Assembly (NCBI GenBank): GCA_030141605.1
Contig: JAQGDQ010000159.1
Span: 186,001-250,000, forward strand
Length of the DNA stretch: 64,000 nucleotides
Reading direction: 5' to 3'
Source: Tubiluchus corallicola
Lineage: Eukaryota > Animalia > Priapulida
Below, piece after piece: positions 49,201 through 60,885 of the stretch; position 1 is the first letter of the stretch, and each line of letters begins with the position of its first letter. A program made the translations under genes and the position numbers. The notes under the pieces were generated by a model. That model was not told the origin of the DNA, made no database searches, and saw only the letters and a program-made list of their open reading frames with translations.

Positions 49201-52200
49201 AGTTATCATTTTAGTCTAGAAATAATAGTTTTGTAGGTACTCATGATTATTGATCGAACTAAATTTATTACATGATAACTGCAGTTACTAATTATAAGTG
49301 CATTATAACGTACCCCAAATTGGAGTGATGGGATAGTATTGAAATAGATAACCATTACGACTTAACCCAACACCAAAATGTGCATAAAAGGGTAACATCT
49401 GACATTTTATGTATGCTGCTCTTGTATGGCTTCTGCAGATAACGCCTACACTACCGTGTGTGTGTACGTAGCTGATTTTTTCCCTATTTCTTAGGTCATT
49501 TGATCACAATCATGGGTAGTTTCTCATCACCTTATTTACGTTTTATTTTTGGAAACAAGTTGTCTAAAAAACGGCAAGTGAAAAATCGTCATTCAATTTG
49601 AAAAGCTCAGCGTTCATGCACGCTGTCTGCTTTTAGAGGAGCCTTCCAATTTTTGCGAAATTTTCAAGAAAATGTTTGAAAGGGCTTCCCGGTGATTACA
49701 AATTCATTGTGGAAACAAAAAAAAAGAAATGTGTATAAGATGTAAAAGTTTCTTTTTACAATACTACATCACCCTTCCACTGAACCAAATCAGAACGGCA
49801 TAATTTGCTATGCCATTTCGTGGATTCGCATTTAGAATTTACGATATGCTTATATATGCCTATTGTTGCTATGATGGCATTATCTCTGCTACGTGGGACA
49901 TATTTGCATTGTTGAACATTGGTGTGCAGATCTAATGGCGTTTTTTGTGTTATCGTGAAGAGTTCGTGCAGTTCTAACTTTGAATCCTGCTCTGTATGAT
50001 AAGTAAAGAAAAACAATGTAGAAGTCACCGAGAGTGCAAAAACCTAGAAAAGTATAAAATTACAAACTGAAGACACAAATAAAAATGACAGGTTGACTCC
50101 CAACACCAGCAGTCATCCCTGCGTACAAGATTGTACCGTTTTTACCACTTCTGTTCCACACAAGTCCATGGGAATGGCAATACGATGATGGCGCCCTCCT
50201 CTGGCTCTTACTCGACATCGGTCACTCTTGTAGTACCCTTGGCAGAAAACTATCCCATTGAAGTCATCGTCAAATTGCATGTCAACCAACATGACGTTAT
50301 TCTCGATGTCACACCCGACACGGATATCTGTAAATTGTATAGAATAAATTTGCGATTTGTGTAGAGAGATATTGCGGGATTAGTGTGTACATTGTTGTAC
50401 TGCACTCTGGTGTGCCTTGGTGTCTTCTCACGAATAACTTGGATTTTTTGTTGACAAATTGATTTTGATTCTAAAAGTCACTCATTATTAATTTATTCCC
50501 AACATTTTGACCTTGAATCCAACATCAGTTCAGGTTAATGTCAAATATGATCTACAGGATTATCTATATTAGCCAATTTAGATAGGAGTGCTAAAAATGC
50601 TGGGACTGAACTTTTGACACATTTGTCTGTCTAAATGGGTTTGAAGTGTATCTATCTAATTTGGTTTCCATTGTTATTACATATACAAGCTTACTTTGTC
50701 AATTTGCAATTAAATGCCAGCAAAGCAGTAAAAATAAATCTAAACCATGATGACTCCAATACGACAGTTGAATTTTCATCGTACACATCCATAATTTTCT
50801 TTATTTACCTTGTACGTTATTTCCCCTGTCATCACCCCATAACTCACTGTACTTTCTAGGAGGCGGTGTATGATCCAATCCTCTGACATCAAATCTATGA
50901 AATCCAGTGAAGGCATCAGTTGGTCGTGTGTTGTATATGTCGTTCTTTGATACCTGGAAACATGCACTATTTAAAAAGAGGCAAATCGAATAGCTTGGAA
51001 CTTATAACCGGTGAAAATTTGAACCCAAAAAAACTTGAAAATCATGCATTTTGTTTTGTGGATGGTATTTAGAGACAGCTTGTTTACTATAAACTAACTA
51101 CGATTGAATCTCATTAATAAGTTTTATTCCGAATTGACGGTTTTGTAAACTAGTGAGTTCACTTGTATAAAGTATGTGTAGTAACAGGTCTAACCTATAA
51201 AGTAAGTGTAGTAACAGGTCTAACCCTGTAGCCTGCGTTGACCCATTTTGTGCTCCTTGAGCACGATCAAAAAACTGTATTAGCTGTTCCTTTGATTTCA
51301 AAATGGGCTAATTTGTGAGACGAAGTAAGTCTTAACTAAGTTTTCTGCATGAGCAGGGTTAACTGAGTTTACTCAAATTATTGTTAGTGCAAAATTACTT
51401 ACCAGTGCTTGTTCTGGCTCTCTGGAAGGAATTTCAAATGAATCGATCTTTGGCAGCCTTGATTCAAACCTTGGAGTAGTTGTTTTTAATTGATCAGGGG
51501 TGTCTAGTGGCTGCAATAATTACATAAGCAAAAACTGTGTATAATCTAACGCCACTTTTCCATGTTGCATCGTAATGCCCAAATACTCGCACCACGGTAA
51601 TGAATTTTTAATGAATATCTTATACTGCTAATGATTTTTGAACTAAAATGTATTTGCATTTGTCTGAATAACAAGTAAATTCCGCTTATAGTCATCCGTG
51701 CCTTTAAATAAAATACCGTAAAACGGGGTGAGTTCGCCACCCCTTACGTAATGGCCATTGTAGGTTTGCTGTAACTATTGTTCAGTGTTTAATGAACAGA
51801 TATCATGATCACCGTCATTATAAACAGTTTGCGACAGTTATCTTCTTTCAATTCGCACTAGAAGTATTCCATTCTGCGCTACATGTTATTTGTCTACTGT
51901 TTCTTGCTACTTAACATGCCACGCGCCTGCACCCCTGTACCGGGTCATAGATACCAAAATTATACCCCAGAAGCTCTGGAAGCTGCCCTACATGCCGCCA
52001 AGAATATCAACAGGACAATCAGCGCAGCGGCGAGGCAATTCGGAGTTCCAAGAAATACCCTTTCTGACAAACTCTCAGGAAGTCATCCGCGGAAGACCGG
52101 AGGTCAGCCATTGTTCTCCGCCGCCGAGGAGCACGAAATCGCCAACACTCCAAGTGGCCGCTGAGTGGGGGTTCTTAATGACTGCCATCGATCTCCGACT

Positions 52201-55200
52201 AGTGATTAAGAGTGTTCTTGACGCGAAGGTAATCCAGGAACGGCGATTCAAGGCAAACACCCCTGGAATAGACTTTGTCAAATCATTCGCCCGAAGGAAC
52301 AATCTGGTTTTCAGAGTAGCTGGTAATATCAAGGGCGCCCGCAATAAGATCAGTGCACAAGACGTTCAACCCTTCCTTGCCAACGTAGAAGTTTCTATTT
52401 GAAAACTAAAACTAGACATTTTTTATAATTTTTTCATAGGGTGGCGAACTCACCCCCAACCAGCCAATCACAACCAGTTAACTTCAGCTACCTAGAATGG
52501 CATTAAACAGTGTTAAATTGTTAGTGGCGAATTCACCCCACGATAGTGTTTCATTCGAAAGGCAATATAAAGCTTGAACTAAGAAAATCGGTTGGGTAAT
52601 TCTCTTGCTATGGCAGGAAACGTAAAAAATACCGCTAAAATGTGGCGAACTCACCCCGTTTTATGGTAACTATAGTTCACTGTCACAAATGAAAAACGTG
52701 AACTTTTCTCCTATGGCAGAAATAGCTGTATTACTCATAAAACACTAACAACTTACCTCATCTTTAGATTTATCTAGTGCACCTCTCTGCTGTAGGAATT
52801 TAGTATAGGGATTGAATTCAGTGATTCTTCTGTCAGAAGTGTATGGATTGAATACTTGTGTGGCCACAACATTGGTTTCCAAGGTGGGACCTGGCAGAGC
52901 GGACTTGATTTCGAATCGTTTGTACCCACTGTTCACTGGACTTGGTGTGGTTGTACTGAATGGATTGTACATTACTGTCGTCGAAAACTGCTTTGGTGTT
53001 GGGGGTGGTTGCGTATGTACTGGAAGCCCTTGGGACGGCTGTCGCCTGTCCTCAGTAATTTCTTTTCTCCTTTCTCCAAAATTGGTGTAGGCATTCATCG
53101 TCGATGATGGTCGTGATGGGTTGTTCGTGGGCTTTAGAGAAAAGGGATTGAAAGTTTGAATACCACGGCCAGTATATTTTGAAGTTCCGCTAGTCGGAAC
53201 TGGAGAAGGTGGTCGAGTTTGGATGCCTCTTCCTGAAAGACAAAAGGAATTTCAAAGGAAAAAAGGAAAGACAAAAGCGGCTTGTGTGTAGCTCTGCAGC
53301 TTTTGCCGCTATTGCTGATGTTGCTGTTATTGAGCACTAATTGTTGATATCATTATTTTGTTGATAAGGTTGTTAAGCAATTAGTTTTTGTGATTTGTGG
53401 TTCTTGTTACTGGTATATTATTTGTGCCACTGTGGTTGTTGATGTTGTTAAGATAATTTCTGTTCTAGTCGCTGTTGCTGTTATTATTGTTATTGTTAGT
53501 ATTGCTGGGTGCCCCTGCAGTAATTGCTAATGAATAACAGTGTTGCCTAAAATGCTTATTGGTTTAACGCACATCCATATTTTCTTAAAACAAATTGAAA
53601 ACTTTCTGAATTTCTTACCGGTATAAGGTGTTAAAGATGGGGGACTTTCTGTTGGTGGAAGATTCGCTACAGCTACTGCCGATCCGGATCCAGTGAAATC
53701 TGACACAAGAACACCGCCTCCCACGCCATTGCTAGATACAATGCCTCCTACAGGGTACGCTCTGTTTCCGTGATTCTGGTCCGTCGGTTGAAAAATGTTC
53801 GATGACTGAGGTGAGTTGTCATTGAAAGGATCTACAAATACCGACAACAGTCCCAATTTATTTAGGGAAAATGTACTAGTCCATCCCATGCTTTACTCTG
53901 CTGTTCATTGTGAATATTAGACAACATTTATCTATGACAATCATAGCTTTATCGTAGTTTTAGGCAAAGATTATCTGTCAATTTGTGAACATTTTGTGTG
54001 TGAATTAAGTAGTAAAAATGAGTTACACGTACTGGAAAAATAAGGTACTTGACCAGATCCATGCTGAGGATGTGGTGATGGTGACAGTCCTGGCTGATTG
54101 TGACCACCCAAGTTATGTCTCATTCCATTTTGGTCATCACCTTGCCATTGATCATTCTGGAATCTACCTGGCTGGTAGAATCCCTCCACTTGTGGAGCAC
54201 TGTAGTGTCCTGACGGTGGTGCTTGGTAATCTGAATAATCTTGATAATCATTATCGGAGTAATCGTTAACCTCGTATGGATTCAGTGAATTACCAGAAGA
54301 ATGGAAACCATCTGATGGAGCACCTGCGTTTGGACGATATTTGCCTACGTCCACATTTTCTACTGGTATCTGACGTGGGTCATTTACTACTGCCCCAGGT
54401 GGAAGTGCCCTGTGCTGATCTTGGTCATCATACACACTATGAATTGGGGCTTTACGACTAGGCGATATCCCTTTTTGATTTTGTGCATCGGGTCCATCAT
54501 AGAATTGGTGCTTTGGCGCTTGGCGACTACTACCCTGATTCCGGCCCTCTATATAATCTGTATCTGGTGGTGCTTGCACTTGAAAAGGACTTAATCGCCT
54601 TCCGTAATCCTGGGTATCGTTTCCCTCTGAAACAAGGAAAGCTAAAATCAAGTTGCTTACTACTGTCCTTTTAAGCCTATAGGTTAACGTTCTCTATCAT
54701 ACATACATTTCCGTATGTATGGTAATCTTACTTTAGTAAAAGTAAAGGCCATACCTTCAAGATTAATTTCATTTAATGTGGTATTTACTAGCTGAGTATT
54801 GTTTGCACTTTCTGTCCGCTCACGATGGTTTTGACCACGCCGTCTTTGTGGCCGGTTTCCTGCAATGGTATTTTTGTGACACATTAAATGAGTGAAAGTG
54901 TTGTAAGGTATTATTTTGGGGATTAAATAAGCGTTAGTGCATTATTTGTATTAGTTTCCTTTTACGTGAATATCATACTGTACATAATATACACTTTCAT
55001 AATCTATGTGAGTGTATATATATAAATGGACATGATAAGTGGAAGTAGTATATACAAATATATACAACAAATATATATAAGAGACAGTCTAAAAATTTGC
55101 TTTCAACCTAAAAAGGTTGCAGTTTTGCAAACTTCTTTGTAAACGTGTGAACGACAAGCATAAAAAGTAACTCTATACTATGTGCTTAGTATAGGCCGTT

Positions 55201-56241
55201 GACAGGTCGCTTTTGCATTAGTTTTCGTTTGTACCGTGCAACCCACATGCAGTTTAGTACCAGTACTATACATGTACCTTAAATGTGAGGGTCTGATCAG
55301 AGTACCAATCGCCATTTCTTACCAGATTATTACAACTTTGGCAATTTTTTGGCAAATGTAGGCCGTTTGAGTGAATAATTTAGACTCAGAAATAAGAGTG
55401 CTGCAAGTAAGCTTGCGTGCTACAGTAATGACTTCAAATATGGGCACGCGAGTCTTGATAATTATGCTTAAGAACCCCGAAAGATCTTGTATATACGCAA
55501 CGTGTGAACGTACCACAGTGCCTTGTATTCTATAGTGTGTGAACGCAGGCGCGTGGATTGTCCGTTGACCGTTAACACATTCGACAATAGCATTCATGTT
55601 GTGTTTAGCACAAGTTTTGAAGTTTAAAAAAGTAAATAAAAACACCTAAGCCTATAGCTTATACAAAATACAGGGCGTGCTACAAGAAAGACGCGTATGC
55701 TGAAAGATCGAAGCTAATATAATCTTGCTTTCTATCTGCAATACGCAACGCATCATTATTGTTTTAATAAGCGATGGAGCACTAATTCAATAATGTATTT
55801 GACACCAACAGGCTAGAGTCCGTAAGCCTCGAAGCCTCTAAGCTGCTGACACGTTTGTCGTTAGGATGACAAGATTGTTTTAACATTCATTTAACATAAC
55901 CTTTTTATTGCATTTGCGAACATCGACTCGCGCGCTGGGTTGGGTCTAAGGAAAAATATTCAGAGTAATCCTTGACTCGACAATTTATAGACATTGGTAA
56001 GCGCTGAAGATACAAGATTGAGTTTTCCTAATGAGAATTCACGTCTATGTTTAAATTAAAGATAAACGAAATAAAACTTATGGTTGCTTTATTAAATGAA
56101 GTGATGAAACAAACCCATTTTATGACCAGCGTAAGATTCTGTTGTGTCGATGATTGTGTAGTCTGTTGTGTATGGCGTAATATCGAAGAAATCTATTGTT
56201 GAGGAAGCTTCGACATTATCGTTCGTTGTTGTAATAGCAAC
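46254..56241 (-). CDS. ZP-domain (cuticlin/dusky-like) type I membrane protein, >1053 aa, 5' end unresolved
   Basis: Phase-consistent exons (-): 56115..56241, 54755..54859, 54033..54626, 53619..53831, 52757..53232, 51403..51510, 50809..50953, 50146..50327 (VGCD...FDDDFNGIVFCQG...C...LCGT, ZP-N), 48961..49118 (NTIVVM...DRAYTVSC), 48484..48644, 47967..48136 (CYGHDG...LLDESGCP), 47774..47848 (VFKFPD...YLQCQCMVCYDRC, ZP-C), 46743..46983 (furin site RGKR), 46254..46660 (TM helix and tail). Signal-peptide exon not located. Confidence 0.88.
51716..52666 (+). mobile_element. Internally deleted pogo/Tigger-like DNA transposon
   Basis: 25 bp TIRs CCGTAAAACGGGGTGAGTTCGCCAC (1 mismatch) with a TA duplication on both sides; inner copies of GTGGCGAA(C/T)TCACCCC at ~52441 and ~52525. 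Confidence 0.92.
51916..52402 (+). pseudogene. Truncated, frameshifted pogo-type transposase (HTH-psq plus CENP-B-type HTH; no DDE domain)
   Basis: YTPEALEAAL...ISAAARQFGVPRNTLSDKLSG...EEHEI, frameshift near 52150, then AEWGF...DLR...PGIDFVKSFARRN, stop at 52402. Confidence 0.85.
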
Positions 56242-57403
56242 CTAAAATTATATTAATTATATTTAACTGACTTATTAGCCATGTAATAAACTATGTAATA
56301 GTTGTGAATCAAAAATGAATATAGACATATAGATACATTTTGCTTTACAAAATTTGCTTTACAACATTTCAGCAATTGAAAAAAGTTCTCATTAAATAAT
56401 TAATTTTGCCCTTGCCTAAAATAACCTTAGATGATTGTTAATGTCAAAAACATCTGATGGCGTAGTATATATCGTTAATATTTTTCTTGTTTACTGACAG
56501 AGATTTTGTTGCCAAACAAGTATATCTCCCCAGGAGTGATATTAAAAAGGTTAGTTGGCATAAAATGTGTACCTCTGGTGTTCTTAAGATTAAAGACAAT
56601 GTCATAATCTGCCGCATATTTAACACACAATGATCAATAAGTTTTTGTATTATACAAAATTATACATGGAGCCACAAGGCAAAGGTCATCAGTATAAATT
56701 GAAATTTTGCCAATACGACAAGTAGCTGACACAAATTTAGATAATTGTTTAGACAAGTCACCCACATAAACAGAAAAAAGTACAGGCGACAAAAAAACCC
56801 TTGACGTACGCCATTGCTAACACAAAAACTATATAATAAAGTAATTTACGTAAACTTTTAAATTAGCAGATATTTAAAACTGTATAGCTAGGGACTTGTA
56901 ACAGATTTGGTGAAGTTTAGTATCATATCTAGTATGATTCTTGATAAGCTATTATGCTCAGTAATTATAGCTGACAATTAATGCAGAAAAGTGAAATTTC
57001 ACGCAATTTGCTGTGTCGTTGCGGCATCGTACGAAACAAAACGTGTTTACAAACGGGAAGTGAGTAGATTAATTACGACTCTTCTCTTTACACACATCGC
57101 AAGTGAAAGCTTACTGCATATTGGAGCACAGACTCCCACCCACATCCGCCGCACCATCCCCACCCCCAGAGCAATACTTCCGTACCTGTAGCGCATAATC
57201 ATTAATTATTAGCAGCCTTAAACATGGTTTACGCAATGTATATTACATGTTTGGTGTTTTTACTGGTATAATAGCTTGAGGTAGCATGTGATTTCATTTA
57301 CGTAATTTTCGTTTGATTACATTGAATCATGTGTACACCATTTACCAGTACCGAAAAGAAAAGTAGGGTAATTCAGGTCAAATTTTACACTGTATGTTTA
57401 AGG

Positions 57404-58077
57404 ATAAGCAGCGGGACTTTGGTTAAGTGGCCAGTCATTTATAGTGTGTATTTTTTCTATTTCACTTGAGAAGTCGTGAACACTGTTTTTACGTTCTATG
57501 TGAAACAAAATTTGTTTCAGGGTATGACTGGATTACCAACGCGAGGAATTTATAACCCGAAGCATTAGAAATCTACTTCGTTTTATCTGCGACAACTCAA
57601 TATTACTTAAAAGATATTTCATTTTGTAACCAAATGGTTTTTTAAAGCTTTGCAAATAGAAAACACCACATTATAACAGCGGATTGCCGGAATAAAAAGA
57701 ATGACAGAGGAAAAAGTTGACGGTCGACCTACAATTTTTCCTACTGCATTTGCAGACATATGTGAAAAGTGAAAAGTTGTTGTGCAGCAGTCAACATACA
57801 TATATATATATACATATTTTCTATTTGCAAAGCTTTAAAAAACCATTTGGTTACAAAATGAAATATCTTTTAAGTAATATTGAGTTGTCGCAGATAAAAC
57901 GAAGTAGATTTCTAATGCTTCGGGTTATAAATTCCTCGCGTTGGTAATCCCAGTCATACCCTGAAACAAATTTTGTTTCACATAGAACGTAAAAACAGTG
58001 TTCACGACTTCTCAAGTGAAATAGAAAAAATACACACTATAAATGACTGGCCACTTAACCAAAGTCCCGCTGCTTAT
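57404..58077. repeat. Long near-perfect inverted repeat (arms ~260 bp, spacer ~150 bp)
   Basis: 57404..57663 is the reverse complement of 57817..58077, with only a 1 nt indel noticed (GACTGGATTACC vs GGTAATCCCAGTC). Confidence 0.93.
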
Positions 58078-58454
58078 ATATATACGTTTAGAATACAACC
58101 TTTTCAATGGCTATTTATATGTATAAATTTATTTAACATTTACACATACTTTATCCATGTATGTATGTATGTACTTTTTGTATTTTGTGAAATATATATG
58201 TTGTTGATTATGATGAAAACGAAGAAGATGATGATGATAACGATAATGATGATAATGATGATGGCGGCGATGGTTATAATTATAAGAATAAAGAGGCAAA
58301 TGAAACCGCACTGAATTGATTATTTTGGCAGTCATATCCGTTTCCTAACCACGCTGAGCTTTGTTTGGTAAAAGTGGGGTAATAATAATCTTTGTTATGT
58401 AGTTGTAAAATTGTTATTTACAACTGACGAAAACCTTGTTGATCTTATGTTTCT

Positions 58455-58472
58455 TATTATATTATTATTATT

Positions 58473-58517
<45 letters not shown>

Positions 58518-58599
58518 ATTATTATTATTATTATTATTATCATTATCATTAGTGGTAGTAGCAGCAGCAGTGGTAGTAGTGGTAGGAGTGGTAGTGGTT

Positions 58600-58669
<70 letters not shown>

Positions 58670-58760
58670 CAGAAACAGCAGCAGCAGCAGCAGTAGTGGT
58701 AGCAGTGGTAATAGTAGTAGTAGTATCATTATCATTATCATTCTTATTATTATATTATTT
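58455..58760. repeat. Compound trinucleotide microsatellite (ATT)n(GTT)n(ATT)n(GTA)n(GCA)n
   Basis: Visible directly; yields the spurious poly-L/V/T ORFs. A degenerate (ATG)n tract lies at ~58210..58270. Confidence 0.95.
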
Positions 58761-60714
58761 GCATTACATTTACCATTATTGATATTATTGTCGCTAAGCA
58801 TACACCGCTACCAGCTAGCTATTTTTCTATCTGGATTCTCAAATGATCACCGGAAGTTTTTCAGTCAGAAGATTATCTCTAGTTTAAAGAGCACACTGAT
58901 ATAATATTAACACAATGCTGTATTGTACATCGTCACTATAACCTAATTTACCTGTTAATGTTACTTGTTAGAGCGCCAAATTGTTTATTAAGTGCGTAAA
59001 GTTTGCAAAACCAAACTTTTAAAGTTGGCATTCAGTATTATACAGCATTATGATAAATAGGACTTTTTAATATCAAGTGCTTTAGCGAGAAACGATGCCT
59101 TACCAGTTATAAAAGTAAGGAACAAAAATTAAAGTCGTACTATTAACATAATATAAGTGAAACAGAAATATGAAAACCAATAATCAAATTACATGCATTT
59201 GATAATAAACTAGAATATTAGTATAGGATTTTCAAATTATGTTTTTATTGGATTTGATCCAAAAGCAATCTATTTCAAGGTTGTACAAAAAGAAAACGAC
59301 TGGACTTTAATTATTATTGTTGCCATCATTCACGTAGTTTATTATGAGTCGGAATCTCCATTCAGTCTACAGCTAAGTAGAAGAAAGGTTCATTTGTTCT
59401 CTGCCGGTAATCATTTCTTGCGGCCTATGAAATATTGATATCCAATTACAGTACATTAGATTAAAATTTGCAAAAAGAAAGTGATCACAAATGAGATCAC
59501 GTATTTCGTGGAAAACTTATTAAAATAAAAATTCTTTTCCAGGAATCGCACAAATTTAGAGCAATCCGAATGCGCAAGCATAACTTGCACTATTCCGTTG
59601 TCATTGTCGCTGCACTTTTGACCTTTTGACGCTATTTAAAGGTCTTTTTTCAAGTGAGACTGAATTACGTCACGCATAGCGGAATCCAAATTAGACCAAA
59701 AAGCAGCAATAACAGGTGAACGCAAACAAAGTGTGTAATAATAAGGCTTTCACTTGTCACGGCTTATATCGAATTGGGCCATTATGTTTTATGTGCCTCT
59801 GATGTCTTTCAAATAGGTCGTTTTCTGTGTGCAGATTTCTTTTTTCTCTCCTCTGTTACCGCATTACATGCAAACCGCTCTAAGTTGAATGTATCAAAAA
59901 ATTATGTATTACTTTAGTGTTCAGTGTTCGTCATGACCATTATGTCAACAGTTTTGTGATCTGCTTCTTGTCGTACCTCTTAATCTTACTAGCTTCCTTA
60001 ATTTGAAATACGATAAATCTATTTGAATAGTTTTGCTTATTCTCTTTAATTGCAGCAACATTGCGGTACAGTAAAGTACAGCCATTTTATGTTTGGTATT
60101 TCACTATATTTCTGAGTTACTGAACAAACTCTTACTACAATTGAACTCTGAAGTTGCCATGGAAATTTTTCACCTTCAATGCCCAGAGCACTCAAACATT
60201 GATACCAAAGAAAAGCTGAAGAGCGGTCATCCATCCACCTACTAATTGAGTCAATATTCAGGTGACCATTCAACTATTTATCTCGTTTTCAAAGTGCACC
60301 CAATATAGTTTTCCAACGAGTGTTCAATATAGTTTTCCAATGTAAATTAATTTTAATCAAACTTTGTAATTTTTGCACATAGCTCATTCATTATAATAAG
60401 GTGACTGTAGATAAAATTAACAAAAATATATCCTATTAAGTTTATTTTCCACGGTTTCTACGACTACGCCAACACAATACGATGCACTGACACTCAAATA
60501 ATAGAGTAAAGAACGATTTTTTCACTAATTTTCACGGTAACATCTAGTAGGATTGAATAGTAATGTGTGTCTTATTAAATATGTAACAATACGCAACGAT
60601 CAATGTTCTGCTTGATTATTATTTTAATAGTTTTTTGCCGCATTTTCAGTCCACGAAAAGATATATTTTTGCATTTACAAAAAGGTTTATTCATTTAACG
60701 TTACTTGCTTATTT

Positions 60715-60885
60715 ACTAGCTTACTTACTTACTTATTTACTTACTTACGCGCTTACTTACTTATACTGAAAAGGCTTACTCATTCAAAATTACTTGCTTG
60801 CTTTCATGCTTGCTTATTTATTAATTTACTTACTTACTCATTAACTTATCTGTTTACTTGCTTGTTTGTTTACTTACTTACTTAG
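60715..60885. repeat. Degenerate (CTTA)n/(CTTG)n tetranucleotide repeat
   Basis: Interrupted TACTTACTTACT arrays. Confidence 0.8.

Noticed and set aside
53281-53520. N/T/Q-rich segment as an extra ZP exon
   Set aside because: In-frame stop in the required phase, and the flanking exons already join in frame.
58411-58801. Poly-Leu/Val/Thr ORFs on both strands
   Set aside because: Compound trinucleotide microsatellite with no splice or homology support.
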